64,000 nt of DNA, taken from positions 127,618-191,617 of the forward strand of contig CAWAQA010000008.1 of assembly GCA_963784065.1 (NCBI GenBank), written 5' to 3'. Of the stretch, positions 48,352 through 58,497 are shown piece by piece; the first letter of the stretch is position 1, and the number at the start of each line of letters is the position of its first letter. The DNA is from an uncultured Acidobacteriota bacterium (GTDB lineage Bacteria > Acidobacteriota > Vicinamibacteria > Vicinamibacterales > UBA2999). The notes under the pieces were generated by a model, which saw only the letters and a list, made by a program, of their open reading frames with translations, did not search any database and was not told where the DNA came from. The position numbers and the translations under genes were made by a program.

Positions 48352-49260
48352 ATGAAGCCTGTCCACATCATCGGCGTGCCGCTCGACCTCGGCGGAGGCC
48401 GCCGCGGCGTGGACATGGGCCCCTCCGCCTGCCGCATTGCCGGCCTTGGCGATCGCATCCACGCGATGGGCCGGGCGGTTTTCGACAAGGGCGATCTGCC
48501 GTCTCCCAATCCCGAGACCAAGCGCCCGGCCGACAAGCGGAAGAAGTACATCCGCGACATCGCCAAGGTGTGCCAGAAGCTGTACGACGTCTCGTCCAAA
48601 TCGCTCGAGGAGGGCGCGCTGCCGCTGGTGCTCGGCGGCGATCACAGCCTCGCCGCGGGGTCCGTCGCGGCGAGCGCCGCGTGGGTGACCCGCACAACGT
48701 CGAAACCGATGGGCCTGGTCTGGGTGGACGCACACGGCGACATGAACACACCGGACACGACCAGCAGCGGCAACGTCCACGGGATGCCGCTGGCGGCGCT
48801 CCTCGGCAAGGAACCGGCGGAGCTGGCCTCGATCGGGACCTCGCCGTCGGTGCTGCCGCAGCACACCGTGCTCATGGGCATTCGCAACCTCGATGAGGAG
48901 GAGAAGGCGCAGATTCGCGCGTCCGGCGTCCACGTCTTCACGATGAAAGACATCGATCGGGACGGCATCGCCAAGGTGGCCGAGCGCGCACTCGCGCTCG
49001 CCCTCGACGGCACCGGCGGCGTCCACATCTCGTTCGACATGGACGTGTGCGACCCAGCCATCGCACCGGGCGTGGGGACGCCGGTGAAAGGCGGCCTCGA
49101 TTACCGCGAGGCGCACATGGTGATGGAAATCGTCGCCGATTCGCATCGGCTGGTGGCACTCGATCTGGTCGAAGTCAACCCGACCCTCGACATCCGCAAC
49201 GCGACGGCCGAGTTCGCCACCGAGCTCGCGCTCTCGGCTTTGGGTAAGAACATTCTGTAG
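48352..49260 (+). CDS. rocF: Arginase
   Basis: GVDMGP, GGDHS, DAHGDMN, SGNVHGMP, SFDMDVCDP, VEVNP. Confidence 0.95.
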   Translation: MKPVHIIGVPLDLGGGRRGVDMGPSACRIAGLGDRIHAMGRAVFDKGDLPSPNPETKRPADKRKKYIRDIAKVCQKLYDVSSKSLEEGALPLVLGGDHSLAAGSVAASAAWVTRTTSKPMGLVWVDAHGDMNTPDTTSSGNVHGMPLAALLGKEPAELASIGTSPSVLPQHTVLMGIRNLDEEEKAQIRASGVHVFTMKDIDRDGIAKVAERALALALDGTGGVHISFDMDVCDPAIAPGVGTPVKGGLDYREAHMVMEIVADSHRLVALDLVEVNPTLDIRNATAEFATELALSALGKNIL

Positions 49261-49323
49261 GAGCACGCTTCAGGTAAGGCGGCAGCCACGAGCATGCACG
49301 TGAAGGAGCCGTGGCGTCCGCCG

Positions 49324-49732
49324 TCAGGCGCAAGATGCTCCTAGCGCCGTCTCCGCTGCTGCGGACTGCCGGCTATTCGCGATCATCTCGTCGAGCGTAT
49401 TGATCAGCCAGGTGAGCGAGCACGGCTTCTCGACGAGAATCGTCCGCGGCCGGATCCGCTCGAGCTCGCCGCTCTCGGCGACGGTCCCTGAGAAGATGAT
49501 GACCGGGGTCTTCGGGGGCATTCGCACGACCACGTCCCGTCCCGACCCCTGCTTCAGGTGGAGGTCCACGATCGCCGCGTCGGGCTTGTGTATCCGTACA
49601 GGCCTGGAGCGCATCCTCCGCGGTATCCACGGAAATCACGTCGAACTGGCGGAGCTGCAGCAGGTGCACGAGGGGCTCCCGCAGGGACCGTTCGTCTTCG
49701 ACGACGAGGATGAGGCCGGACGCGGCGCGCAT
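49324..49732 (-). CDS. Single-domain response regulator, frameshift near 49610
   Basis: ILVVEDE, VDLHL, FSG, EKP. Confidence 0.8.
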
Positions 49733-49739
49733 GACGGAT

Positions 49740-49767
49740 CTATCGGCCAGAGCCCGGCCGGGCGTTA
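49740..49767 (-). promoter_or_regulatory. Possible sigma28-like promoter
   Basis: Minus strand TAAC-N16-GCCGATAG, 7 nt before the ATG (spacer one base longer than canonical). Confidence 0.35.
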
Positions 49768-49799
49768 GCACGACCCCGGCCGTTCCGCCACAGCTGCAG

Positions 49800-49815
49800 G
49801 GGCACCTCGGTTGCA
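49800..49815 (+). promoter_or_regulatory. Sigma54 promoter
   Basis: GGGCACCTCGGTTGCA = GG-N10-GC. Confidence 0.65.
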
Positions 49816-49832
49816 ATTGATGATGGAAATTC

Positions 49833-50690
49833 ATGGTAGCTGTGTCCCGCCTGTCACACGTTTTCGTCGCCGCCGCCGCCCTCGCGGGCGGCTTCCGGCT
49901 CTCGAGGCGCAGAAATCACGCCGCCGACGAGCGGATCGCTGAGCTGGAACGAGAGGCATCGCGCCTCGCCGACGAGGCCCAGCGGGCATGGCGGATCAAG
50001 GACGACTTTCTCGCCACCCTGTCGCATGAGCTCCGGACGCCCCTCAACGCGATGCTCGGGTGGGTCCAACTCCTCCGGATCCATTCAGGCGACGAGACGA
50101 TGCGGAACCACGCCATCGACGTCGTCGAACGCAACGCGCGGACACAGGTCCAGATCGTGGCGGACATGCTCGACGTGTCGCGCATCATCACGGGCCAGAT
50201 GCGGCTCGCCCTGGCGCGCGTCGATATCGGCACCATCGTGCGCGGCGGATGCGATGGGCTGGCCGCGACGGCCGCCGCGAAGCACGTGGTGATGCGCATC
50301 GAGACCAGTCCGGTTCGGGGCGATGTTTACGGCGATGCGGCCCGCCTTCAGCAGGTCGTGTGGAACCTCGTGAGCAACGCGATCAAGTTCACCCCGGCCG
50401 GCGGCCGCGTCACGGTGCGGGTCCGCGAGGACCGGATGTGCGCAGAGATCGGCGTGCTCGACACCGGAGTGGGCGTGGCTCCCGACGTGTTGCCGTACGT
50501 GTTCGATCGCTTCAGGCAGGGAGACAGCAGCCTCACCCGTCCATTCGGCGGACTCGGCCTCGGCCTGGCGATCGTGCGCCACCTGGTCGAGCTCCACGGC
50601 GGTTCAGTCGTCGCGTCCAGCGGCGGACCGGGCCGCGGCTCGGCGTTCTTCGTGCGCCTGCCCCTGCATCTGCAGCCGCCCACGGGCTGA
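49833..50690 (+). CDS. Histidine kinase without an evident sensor domain
   Basis: LSHELRTPL, NLVSNAIKFT, DTGVG, FDRF, GLGLGL. Confidence 0.93.
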   Translation: MVAVSRLSHVFVAAAALAGGFRLSRRRNHAADERIAELEREASRLADEAQRAWRIKDDFLATLSHELRTPLNAMLGWVQLLRIHSGDETMRNHAIDVVERNARTQVQIVADMLDVSRIITGQMRLALARVDIGTIVRGGCDGLAATAAAKHVVMRIETSPVRGDVYGDAARLQQVVWNLVSNAIKFTPAGGRVTVRVREDRMCAEIGVLDTGVGVAPDVLPYVFDRFRQGDSSLTRPFGGLGLGLAIVRHLVELHGGSVVASSGGPGRGSAFFVRLPLHLQPPTG

Positions 50691-50695
50691 CGAGC

Positions 50696-50711
50696 TGGCG
50701 TGCAAGTTGCT
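50696..50711 (+). promoter_or_regulatory. Sigma54 promoter
   Basis: TGGCGTGCAAGTTGCT = GG-N10-GC. Confidence 0.65.
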
Positions 50712-50722
50712 GATTAGGATGC

Positions 50723-51917
50723 GTGCGCCGATCGCGTGTCCTTGCGGCAACGGCTGGTGTGGCAGCCGTGGCCAGCTTTTCGACCTGGCTGTTGGCCGCG
50801 GAATCGCGCGGGACCGTTGCCGGCTGGCGACTTCGCCCCCCGCAAGGCACACGCGTGGACGTTGACCGGGACAGACGCTGCCGCCGTGCGCCGCGAGGCT
50901 CTTCGCCGCGCCTCCGTTCGCGTGCCGGACGGACTGGGGCTCGACCTGGCGACGCGGAATGACTCGCGCTCGAACACTGAAGTGGCCGCCTGCCGGTTCC
51001 TTCGCGCGGCGCCGACCGGCACGAGCGCGAAGTTCGACTGCGTGCTCGACGGCGGCGAGGTCGTGAAGGTCAAATACAACCGCAACCCCGAGATTCAGGC
51101 CGAGGTCGCCGCGACACGTCTCGTCAGCGCGCTCGGGTTTGGCGCCGACCAGGTCGAGATCGTCCCCCGGCTGCGCTGCTACGGCTGCCCGCGCTTCCCG
51201 TTCTTCACGATGCGGCTGCTGGCGGCGGGCGTCCCCGACGCGATCATCGGCGAGTATGGGTACGACGGCGCCTACACCGACTTCGAGTGGGTCGCGCTCG
51301 AACGCAGGTTCCCCGCCCCGGCGATCGAAACCCCGACGCGCGACGGGTGGGCGTGGTGGGAGCTCGACGATTCGACGGCGCCGCGGGGCGAAGTCGATGC
51401 GCTTCGGCTCCTCGCGGTCTTCCTCACGCATTGGGACAACAAGGCGGAGAATCAGCGGCTCGTGTGCCTCGACGATCTTGCGGCTGACGCCGGCCGCGAG
51501 GCCGTCACCGGCATCGATGTGCCGGGCGCCTCAGAGTCGCCCTCGAAAGGAACCTGCAACCGGCCGCTGGCACTGATTCAGGACCTTGGCGCCACGTTCG
51601 GTCCCAGCAAGGTCAACCTCGCGCGCTGGCGCGAGTTCCCGATCTGGACCGATCGCGCGGGTTGCCGTGTCAGCATGCGCCACCTGCCATTCGAGGGCGG
51701 GACGTTTCGTGACGCCGCGATTTCCGAGGAGGGCCGCGTCTGGCTCGGCCGCAGGCTCGCGGCGCTCCCGGACGCGGAGGTGCGCGGCCTGTTCGAAGCC
51801 GCGCGCTTCCACGACTATCAGAGCACCACCGACGATCGCCGCGACCTCGACGCCTGGACCGAGGCGTTCCGTCTGCGCGTCGATCAGATCCTCACCGCCG
51901 GCCCGTGTCCCGCTTGA
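50723..51917 (+). CDS. Exported/membrane-anchored atypical protein-kinase-fold protein, frameshift near 50820
   Basis: N-terminal MRRSRVLAATAGVAAVASFSTWLLAA; GTSAKF, VKVKY, EVAATRL, HWDNKAEN, QDLG. Confidence 0.7.
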
Positions 51918-52824
51918 TCTCGCCCGCATCCACCGAGTGGCCGGTCCGGCTGATGGCCTGGTAGAAGAGGTCGTCCCGCGTCGCCTCGAACAGCATGAAG
52001 TGATAATCGACGTCGAAGCCGACCGCGGTGAGCGGCGTACGGCGGATGTCGTCCTGGCGCAGCGATCCGGCGCCGCCGGAAATGAAATAGGTAATGCCCT
52101 GCTGGGGCCGGATGCGCTCGTAGAAGTGCTCGTGGCCGGAGAGCGCGACGCGGACGTCGTGACGCAGGAACACCGGCTCGAGCATCGACCGGAACAGGCG
52201 CGCCGGCGTGGCATACCGGCCCGACGTATAGATCGGCCGGTGGAACACCGGAATCTTCCAGCGCGCGTCCGACCGTCCCATCTCGCGATCGACCCAGGCC
52301 AGCTGCGTCCGATCCAGCGTCTCGGTGTCCACCATGAAGAACTGAATATCGGTGTCGGTCAGCCGGGCGAGCAGCGATTGGTCTGCCTTGAACGTGTAGT
52401 AGCGCTTGCCGCCCATGTTGAACGGCTCGTAGAAGGGCTGGTTCACCGCGTCGTGGTTGCCGATCGTGGCGTAGAACTCGACACCCTCGTCAAGCAGTGG
52501 CTTGTACGGCAACTCGAACTTCCGCCGGTAGTCGTCCGGCGTTCCCCCGTCGTACACGTTGTCCCCCAGCATCACCACGAAGTCGAAGGGAAACACCTTT
52601 CGGAACGCCTGCATCTGGGCAGACACCTCGTACTGCGGGCGGTCGCCGCGTCCGGAATCGCCAATCGCCGCAAACTTGATCGAATCGGGCCTGCTCGGCA
52701 GCGCCAGCGCTTCCGCGGCTGGGGGCGCCGGGCCGACAAATGCGGCGTCTCGCGGGTCGGCAACGTCCCCGCACCCGCCGGCGAGGCTGGCGAGCACGAT
52801 GAAAAGGATGAGCTTCAGGCGCAT
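51892..52824 (-). CDS. Lipoprotein metallophosphoesterase (purple-acid-phosphatase-like)
   Basis: Lipobox LAGGC; GDSG, GDNVY, GNHD, FHRP, SGHEH. Confidence 0.9.
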   Translation of the reverse strand: MRLKLILFIVLASLAGGCGDVADPRDAAFVGPAPPAAEALALPSRPDSIKFAAIGDSGRGDRPQYEVSAQMQAFRKVFPFDFVVMLGDNVYDGGTPDDYRRKFELPYKPLLDEGVEFYATIGNHDAVNQPFYEPFNMGGKRYYTFKADQSLLARLTDTDIQFFMVDTETLDRTQLAWVDREMGRSDARWKIPVFHRPIYTSGRYATPARLFRSMLEPVFLRHDVRVALSGHEHFYERIRPQQGITYFISGGAGSLRQDDIRRTPLTAVGFDVDYHFMLFEATRDDLFYQAISRTGHSVDAGEIKRDTGRR

Positions 52825-52915
52825 TCGTGCACACACATTGCACCACGTCGGCGCGTGAAGGTGTTGCGTGTTGTCGGCGAACGGGAACTCCGCCGTGAGT
52901 GGATGATCCCCGAGA

Positions 52916-52982
52916 CGAACCACAGAGACGCAGAGGCACGGAGAACATCGCTCTGTGTCTCGGTGCCTCTGTGGTTCGCGGG
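52916..52982. repeat. Palindromic intergenic element, copy 2
   Basis: CGAACCACAGAG...CTCTGTGGTTCG perfect 12-bp outer stem; shares a 20-mer with 19305. Confidence 0.75.
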
Positions 52983-53001
52983 GGTAACGCGCTCCTCGCC
53001 C

Positions 53002-54889
53002 CTAACGTTGGCGCGCGAGGATCGTCTCCATCTCGTCCATCACCTGGTTCATCTTCCGGATCGTGAGGTCGAGCGGCTCGTCGGTCGTCATGTCCACGCC
53101 GGCCTCCTTGAGGAGGTCCACCGGGTACTTCGACCCACCGGAGCCGAGGAACGTCAGGTACGCCTTGGTCGCCGACGCGTCGCCGGCCAGCACCTTCGCC
53201 GCCAGCGCCTCCGCCGCGGTGAACGACGTGGCGTACTGGAACACGTAGAAGTCGCGATAGAAGTGCGGGATGTAGCTCCACTCGTGCTCGATGTAGTCGT
53301 CCACGACGGTGACTCCCTGGTCGTGCCCGTAGTACCGCTTCGTGATGTCGAAGTACAGCTTCGCCAGCGCGTCGCCGGTGATCGGCTGTCCCTTCTGCCC
53401 CATCTCGTGCATCCGCAGCTCGAACTCGGCGAACTGCGTCTGGCGGAACACGGTCGACTTGATCCCCTCGAGGTAGTTGCCGAGGAGCGAGAGCCGTGTC
53501 GGCTCGTCCTTGATCTGCTTCAGCATGTGCTCGATGAGCAGCGCCTCGTTGAACGTCGAGGCGACCTCCGCCACGAACGTCGCATAGTTGGCGGTCGGGT
53601 ACGGCTGCGTCTTGTTCGAGAAGTAGCTGTGCATCGTGTGGCCCAGTTCGTGGGTCAACGTGCTCATGTCGTTGTACTGCCCGAGATAATTGAGCAGCAT
53701 GTAGGGATGCACGTCGTAGGCGCCGCCGTTCGAGTACGCCCCCGATCGCTTGCCCTCGGTCGGCATACCAGTCGAGCCACCGCTCGTTGAACGCGCGCTG
53801 CACCACGGAGACGTACTGCGCTCCGAGCGGCGCCATCGACGCCAGCACGTGTTTCTGCGCTTCCTCGGGCGTGTACTTCAGATCGACCGACGCGACCAGC
53901 GGCGCGTAGAGGTCGTAGTAATGGAGCTGGTCGGTGATCCCCATCATCCGCTTGCGCAGCCGGAGGTAGCGGTGGAACGTCGGCAGGCTCTTGTTCACGC
54001 CGTCGATCAGCCGCATGTACACCGACGTCGGAATATTCGGCCCGTTCAGCGCCATCTCCAGCGTCGTCGGGTACTTTCGCGCCTTCGCGTAGAACAGCGA
54101 TTTCTGGACGCTCGAGTTCATCGTCGTGCCGTAGGTGCGGCCGAACGAGCCGAGGGCCTTGAAGAAGGCCGACATCGCCAGCTCGCGATCCTTGCGGTTC
54201 GGGGAGGTGCGCAGCTCGCCGTAGCCGGCCTGGTCCACCTTCACCGTCTGACCGTCGCTCAACGCAATCTGCGGGTAGGGGAAATCAGCGTTGGCGAGGA
54301 TGCCGTAGATATTCGACGCCGATCCGGCGAGCGGTGACGCGTCGGCGAGGATCTTCTCCTCCGACTCGTTGAGGGTATGGGCCGCGCGGCGGACGATGTC
54401 GCTGAGATAGAACGCGTACGGCTTCAGGCGTGGCTCCGCCGCGAGCGCCTTGTCGATCGCCGCCTTCCCGATGCGCAGCACCTCGGGCTCGATGTAAGCG
54501 GCCTGCGCGCCGAACTCGGCGTAGATCTGCTCCATCTCCTGCTGCATGCCCTGCGCCTCGGACACGCGGGTGTCCTCGTCGGCCAGCATGCTCGCGTAGA
54601 CGTAGAGCCGTGACAGCTCCTTGTCGAGACGCGTCATCGTCTCGAGCGCGTCGGCCAGCACCTGCGGCGACGACCCGAGCTTTCCCGCGTACTGACGAAT
54701 GGTGGGAATCTGCGCCGTGGCCTTCTCCTTGGTGGCACGCCACGCGGCCACGTTCGGATAGATCTCGGCGAGGTTCCACTTGTACTTGTCGTCAATCTTC
54801 GCGCGGTCGCGCTCCTGCCCCAGCATCAGTACAGACATACACACAACAGCCGCCACGGTGAGCACAGACCCCAGACGAGCTCGTGACAT
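53002..54889 (-). CDS. pepF: Oligoendopeptidase F (M3B) with signal peptide, frameshift near 53765
   Basis: KWNLAEIY, GKRSGAYS, HPYMLLNY, THELGHTMH, AEVASTFNE, IPHFY..FYVFQYAT. Confidence 0.93.
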
Positions 54890-54928
54890 AGCCGCTCCTC
54901 AGAAAATCCTAGTCTATGATGCGTCGGG

Positions 54929-55954
54929 ATGCCCAAGACTCCCCTCAGGGACGACTGGCCCGATCTCGATGACGAAACGCTGCTGGACGTCCGTATGTCG
55001 GACTTTCCGCTGGTAATCGAGGGGACGCTCGCGGACCGGGTTGCACAGCTTCGCGCCGAGCTTGCTCACCGCGGGCTGCGGTTTCCCCTGCACGTCTACC
55101 TCGGCGATGAGTGGTACACCGCCGACGGCGCGACGTCGATCTCGATCCCGTTCTACCTCGCGCATCCGCGCCTCGAGAAGCTCGAGGAGTCGCAGATGTT
55201 CGAGGTCGAAGGGGGCGAGCACGAGTGGTGCATGCGGATTCTGCGTCACGAGGCGGGTCACGCCATCGACAACGCGTTCCGTCTCCGCCTGCGGCGGCAG
55301 CGGCGTCAGGTGTTCGGCTCGCCAGCGAAGCCCTACCCGGAGTTCTACACCCCGAAGCCGTACAGCAAGAGCTTCGTGCTGCACCTCGACTCCTGGTACG
55401 CGCAAAGCCATCCGGACGAGGACTTCGCCGAGACGTTCGCCGTCTGGCTCACGCCGAACAGTGAGTGGCGGCAGCGCTATAGCGGCTGGAAGGCGGGGAA
55501 GAAGCTCGAATACATGGACGCGCTGATGCGGTCGCTCGCCGACAAGGCGCCGCGCATCGACAATCCCATCGAAGTGGATCCGCTGCCGAAGCTGCGGAAC
55601 ACCCTGCGCCAGCACTACCGCACCAAGCGCAGGCATTACGGCGTGGACTATCCCAACTTCTACGATCGCGACCTCCGCCGTCTGTTCTCCGACTCGCCCG
55701 AGTTCGCCTCCAACATCACGGCGGTGCAGTTCCTGTCCCGCATCCGGCGGCCGGCGCGGCGCGTGGTCGCGAGCTGGACCGGGATCTACCAGTACACGAT
55801 CGATCAGGTCCTCGAGGACATGATCGCGCGCAGCCGCGAGCTGAAGCTCCGGCTCGCCGTTCCCGAGGACCAGGCCCGCCAGGAGTTCACCGTGCTCCTG
55901 ACCGTTCAGGCAATGAATTACCTCCACAGCGGCGGTCACCGGCTATTCCTGTGA
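54929..55954 (+). CDS. Putative zinc-binding metallopeptidase
   Basis: LRHEAGH (HExxH), YAQSHPDEDFAETFA. Confidence 0.85.
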   Translation: MPKTPLRDDWPDLDDETLLDVRMSDFPLVIEGTLADRVAQLRAELAHRGLRFPLHVYLGDEWYTADGATSISIPFYLAHPRLEKLEESQMFEVEGGEHEWCMRILRHEAGHAIDNAFRLRLRRQRRQVFGSPAKPYPEFYTPKPYSKSFVLHLDSWYAQSHPDEDFAETFAVWLTPNSEWRQRYSGWKAGKKLEYMDALMRSLADKAPRIDNPIEVDPLPKLRNTLRQHYRTKRRHYGVDYPNFYDRDLRRLFSDSPEFASNITAVQFLSRIRRPARRVVASWTGIYQYTIDQVLEDMIARSRELKLRLAVPEDQARQEFTVLLTVQAMNYLHSGGHRLFL

Positions 55955-56970
55955 AACGACTCCGCGTGCTCGCGCTCGTCCACGACCATCTGGTTCCGCC
56001 GGGGGACACGACCGGGATCGACGTCCTCGAGGCCGAATGGAAGATGGAGTACGACGTCATCGAGACGCTGAAGGAGATCGGACACGACGTCAGCGTCCTC
56101 GGCATTCACGACGACCTGCTCGGGATCCGGCGCAGCGTCGAAGCGTTCAAGCCGCAGATCGTCTTCAACCTGATGGAGGCGTTTGCCGGCGTCACCACAT
56201 TTGACCAGAACGTCGTGTCCTACCTCGAACTGCTGCGCCTGCCGTATACCGGCTGCAACCCGCGCGGCCTGATACTGGCGCGAGACAAGGCGCTCTCGAA
56301 GAAGCTCCTCGCGTATCACCGCATCCCGGTGCCGGACTTCACGGTGGTCCGGCGCGGGCGCAAGCCCGCGCTCTCCAAACGCATGCACTTTCCGCTCATC
56401 GTGAAGTCGTTGTTCTTCGAAGCGTCGGCCGGCATCTCGCAGGCCTCGGTCGTGGAGCATGCCGAGCAGCTCGCCCGGCGCGTCCAGTTCATCCACGACA
56501 GCCTGGGTACCGCCGCGATCGTCGAGCAGTTCATCGAAGGCCGCGAGCTCTATGTCGGCGTGTGCGGCAACGATCGCCTCGACGTCTTCCCCGTGTGGGA
56601 AATGTCGTTCGCGAAAATGCCGGAGAACCGCTGGCACATCGCCACCGAGCGCGTGAAGTGGAGCACGCAGTACCAGAAGAAGCACGGGATCATGACGGAC
56701 GCGGCGAAGCTCGACGCGGCCATGGTGGAGCGGATCCAGCGGATCGCCAAGCGCGCGTACCGCGCCCTCGACCTGAACGGCTACGCCCGCGTCGACGTGC
56801 GGATGGACGTGGAGGGTCGTCCGTTCGTGCTCGAGGCCAATCCCAACCCGAACCTGGCGTACGGCGAAGACTTTGCCGAGTCGGCCGAAACCAATGGCCT
56901 CTCGTACGAGCACCTGCTCGAGCGGATTCTCGCGCTGGGGCTCCGCTGGGAACCGGAGCGGACGGGGTAA
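55951..56970 (+). CDS. Ddl-like ATP-grasp ligase
   Basis: LPYTG, RDK, PLIVK, ASAGI, EQFIEGRE, ARVD, LEANPNP; GTGA overlap with the peptidase gene. Confidence 0.88.
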   Translation: MKRLRVLALVHDHLVPPGDTTGIDVLEAEWKMEYDVIETLKEIGHDVSVLGIHDDLLGIRRSVEAFKPQIVFNLMEAFAGVTTFDQNVVSYLELLRLPYTGCNPRGLILARDKALSKKLLAYHRIPVPDFTVVRRGRKPALSKRMHFPLIVKSLFFEASAGISQASVVEHAEQLARRVQFIHDSLGTAAIVEQFIEGRELYVGVCGNDRLDVFPVWEMSFAKMPENRWHIATERVKWSTQYQKKHGIMTDAAKLDAAMVERIQRIAKRAYRALDLNGYARVDVRMDVEGRPFVLEANPNPNLAYGEDFAESAETNGLSYEHLLERILALGLRWEPERTG

Positions 56971-56974
56971 GATT

Positions 56975-57059
56975 TTCAGGCCTCAGGGCTCAGGGCTCAG
57001 GGCCCGGGCAGGCCTCGGGCCCCGGGGCCCAGGCCTCAGGGCACAAGGCACAAGACACA
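56975..57059 (+). repeat. Heptamer tandem repeats (CTCAGGG / CACAAGR)
   Basis: ctcaggg x3 ... ctcaggg cacaagg cacaaga cacaa running into the ATG. Confidence 0.75.
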
Positions 57060-58497
57060 ATGGCTCGCAGCCTTTCACTCGTGCTCGCGGTCGCCGGTTT
57101 GTCCGTCGCGGCGCTGGGCGTACGCGTGCCGGCCCAGGGATTCGGCTTCGGCGGCCCGCAGGAGGAAAAGAAGGTCGTCGAACGGTTCGACACGGACGGC
57201 GACAAGCGCCTGAACGCGGCGGAGCGCCGCGCGGCGCGCGCGGCGGTCGGCGGCTGGAGCACGCGGCCGGGGCGCATGGGGTCGGCGCTGTCTGGCGCGA
57301 TGCCGGGGCCGTCGCTGACGCCGGCGCAGGTCAAGACCTACCGGAACGAACCCGTATACGACCTCGCGACGCTGCGGACGTTCTTCCTCCGGTTCGAGGC
57401 CGGCGACTGGGAACAGGAGCTGATGGCCTTCTACAACACCGACGTCGAGGTGCCCGCTGACGTGACGGTGGACGGGACGACGTTCAAGGACGCGGGCGTT
57501 CACTTCCGCGGCATGTCCTCATACCGGATGGTGCCGGAGGGCTTCAAGCACTCGCTGAACCTGTCGCTCGACTGGATGCACGACAAGCAGGACCTTGGCG
57601 GGTACCAGACCTTCAACCTCCTCAACTCGAACAACGACCCGACGTTCGTGCGCACGGTGCTCTACTCGGAGATCTCGCGCCGCTACATCGCGACGCCGAA
57701 GACCAATTACGTGCGCGTGGCGATCAACGGCGAGAGCTGGGGCGTCTACGTCAACGCGCAGCAGTTCAACGGCGACTTCGTGCGCGAGTGGTTCGGCACG
57801 CGCGGCGGCGCGCGCTGGAAGGTTCCTGGCACCCCGCGCGGACGCGGCGGCCTCGAGTACCTCGGTGAGGACGCGGCCGCTTACAAGCGGCTCTACGAGA
57901 TCAGGACGGACGACGACGCGAAGTCGTGGGCCGGCCTCATCGCGCTGTGCCGCGTCCTCAATACGACGCCGCCGGAGAAGCTGGAAGAGGCGCTGGCCCC
58001 TGTCCTCGACATCGACGCCACGCTCAGGTTCCTCGCCCTCGAAATGGCGATGGTGAACAGCGACGGCTACTGGGCGCGGGCAAGCGATTACAACCTGTAC
58101 CAGGACGTGACAGGCCGCTTCCATGTCATTCCGCACGACGTGAACGAGGCGCTCGGATCGAGCCGACGGCCGCGGCGGCTTCGGCGAGCAGGGCGTGGAG
58201 CTCGACCCGCTGGTGGGCCTGACCGATTCGTCCCGGCCGCTGCGCTCGAAGCTGCTTGCGGTGCCGGCGCTGCGGCAGCGCTACCTGGAATACGTCGGCG
58301 ACATCGCCGAGCAGTGGCTCGATTGGCAGAAGCTCGAGCCGATGGCAGCGCAGTACCAGGCGCTCATCGCGGCGGACGTCAAGGCCGACACGCGCAAGCT
58401 GGAGAGCTTCGAAGCGTTCCAGGGAGGCATCGCACGGCTCCGGAGCTTCGTCGACCAGCGGCGCGCATTCCTGTTGAAATACAAGCCAGCGGAATGA
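57060..58497 (+). CDS. Exported CotH-family kinase with EF-hand, frameshift near 58165
   Basis: Signal peptide, DTDGDKRLNAAE EF-hand, GVHFRGMSS, KHSL, NNDPTFVR, NGESWGVY, NSDGY, IPHDVNEA. Confidence 0.85.

Noticed and set aside
52828..52844. Sigma54 promoter for the metallophosphoesterase (TGGTGCAATGTGTGCA, minus strand)
   Set aside because: The GG-N10-GC spacing fits, but it lacks TTGC and lies so close to the ATG that the TSS would fall inside the gene.
51586..53790. Long antisense/alternate-frame ORFs (e.g. 734 aa here, 542 aa at 28273, 509 aa at 19290)
   Set aside because: Arg/Ala/Pro-rich shadow ORFs expected in high-GC DNA, lying opposite well-supported genes.
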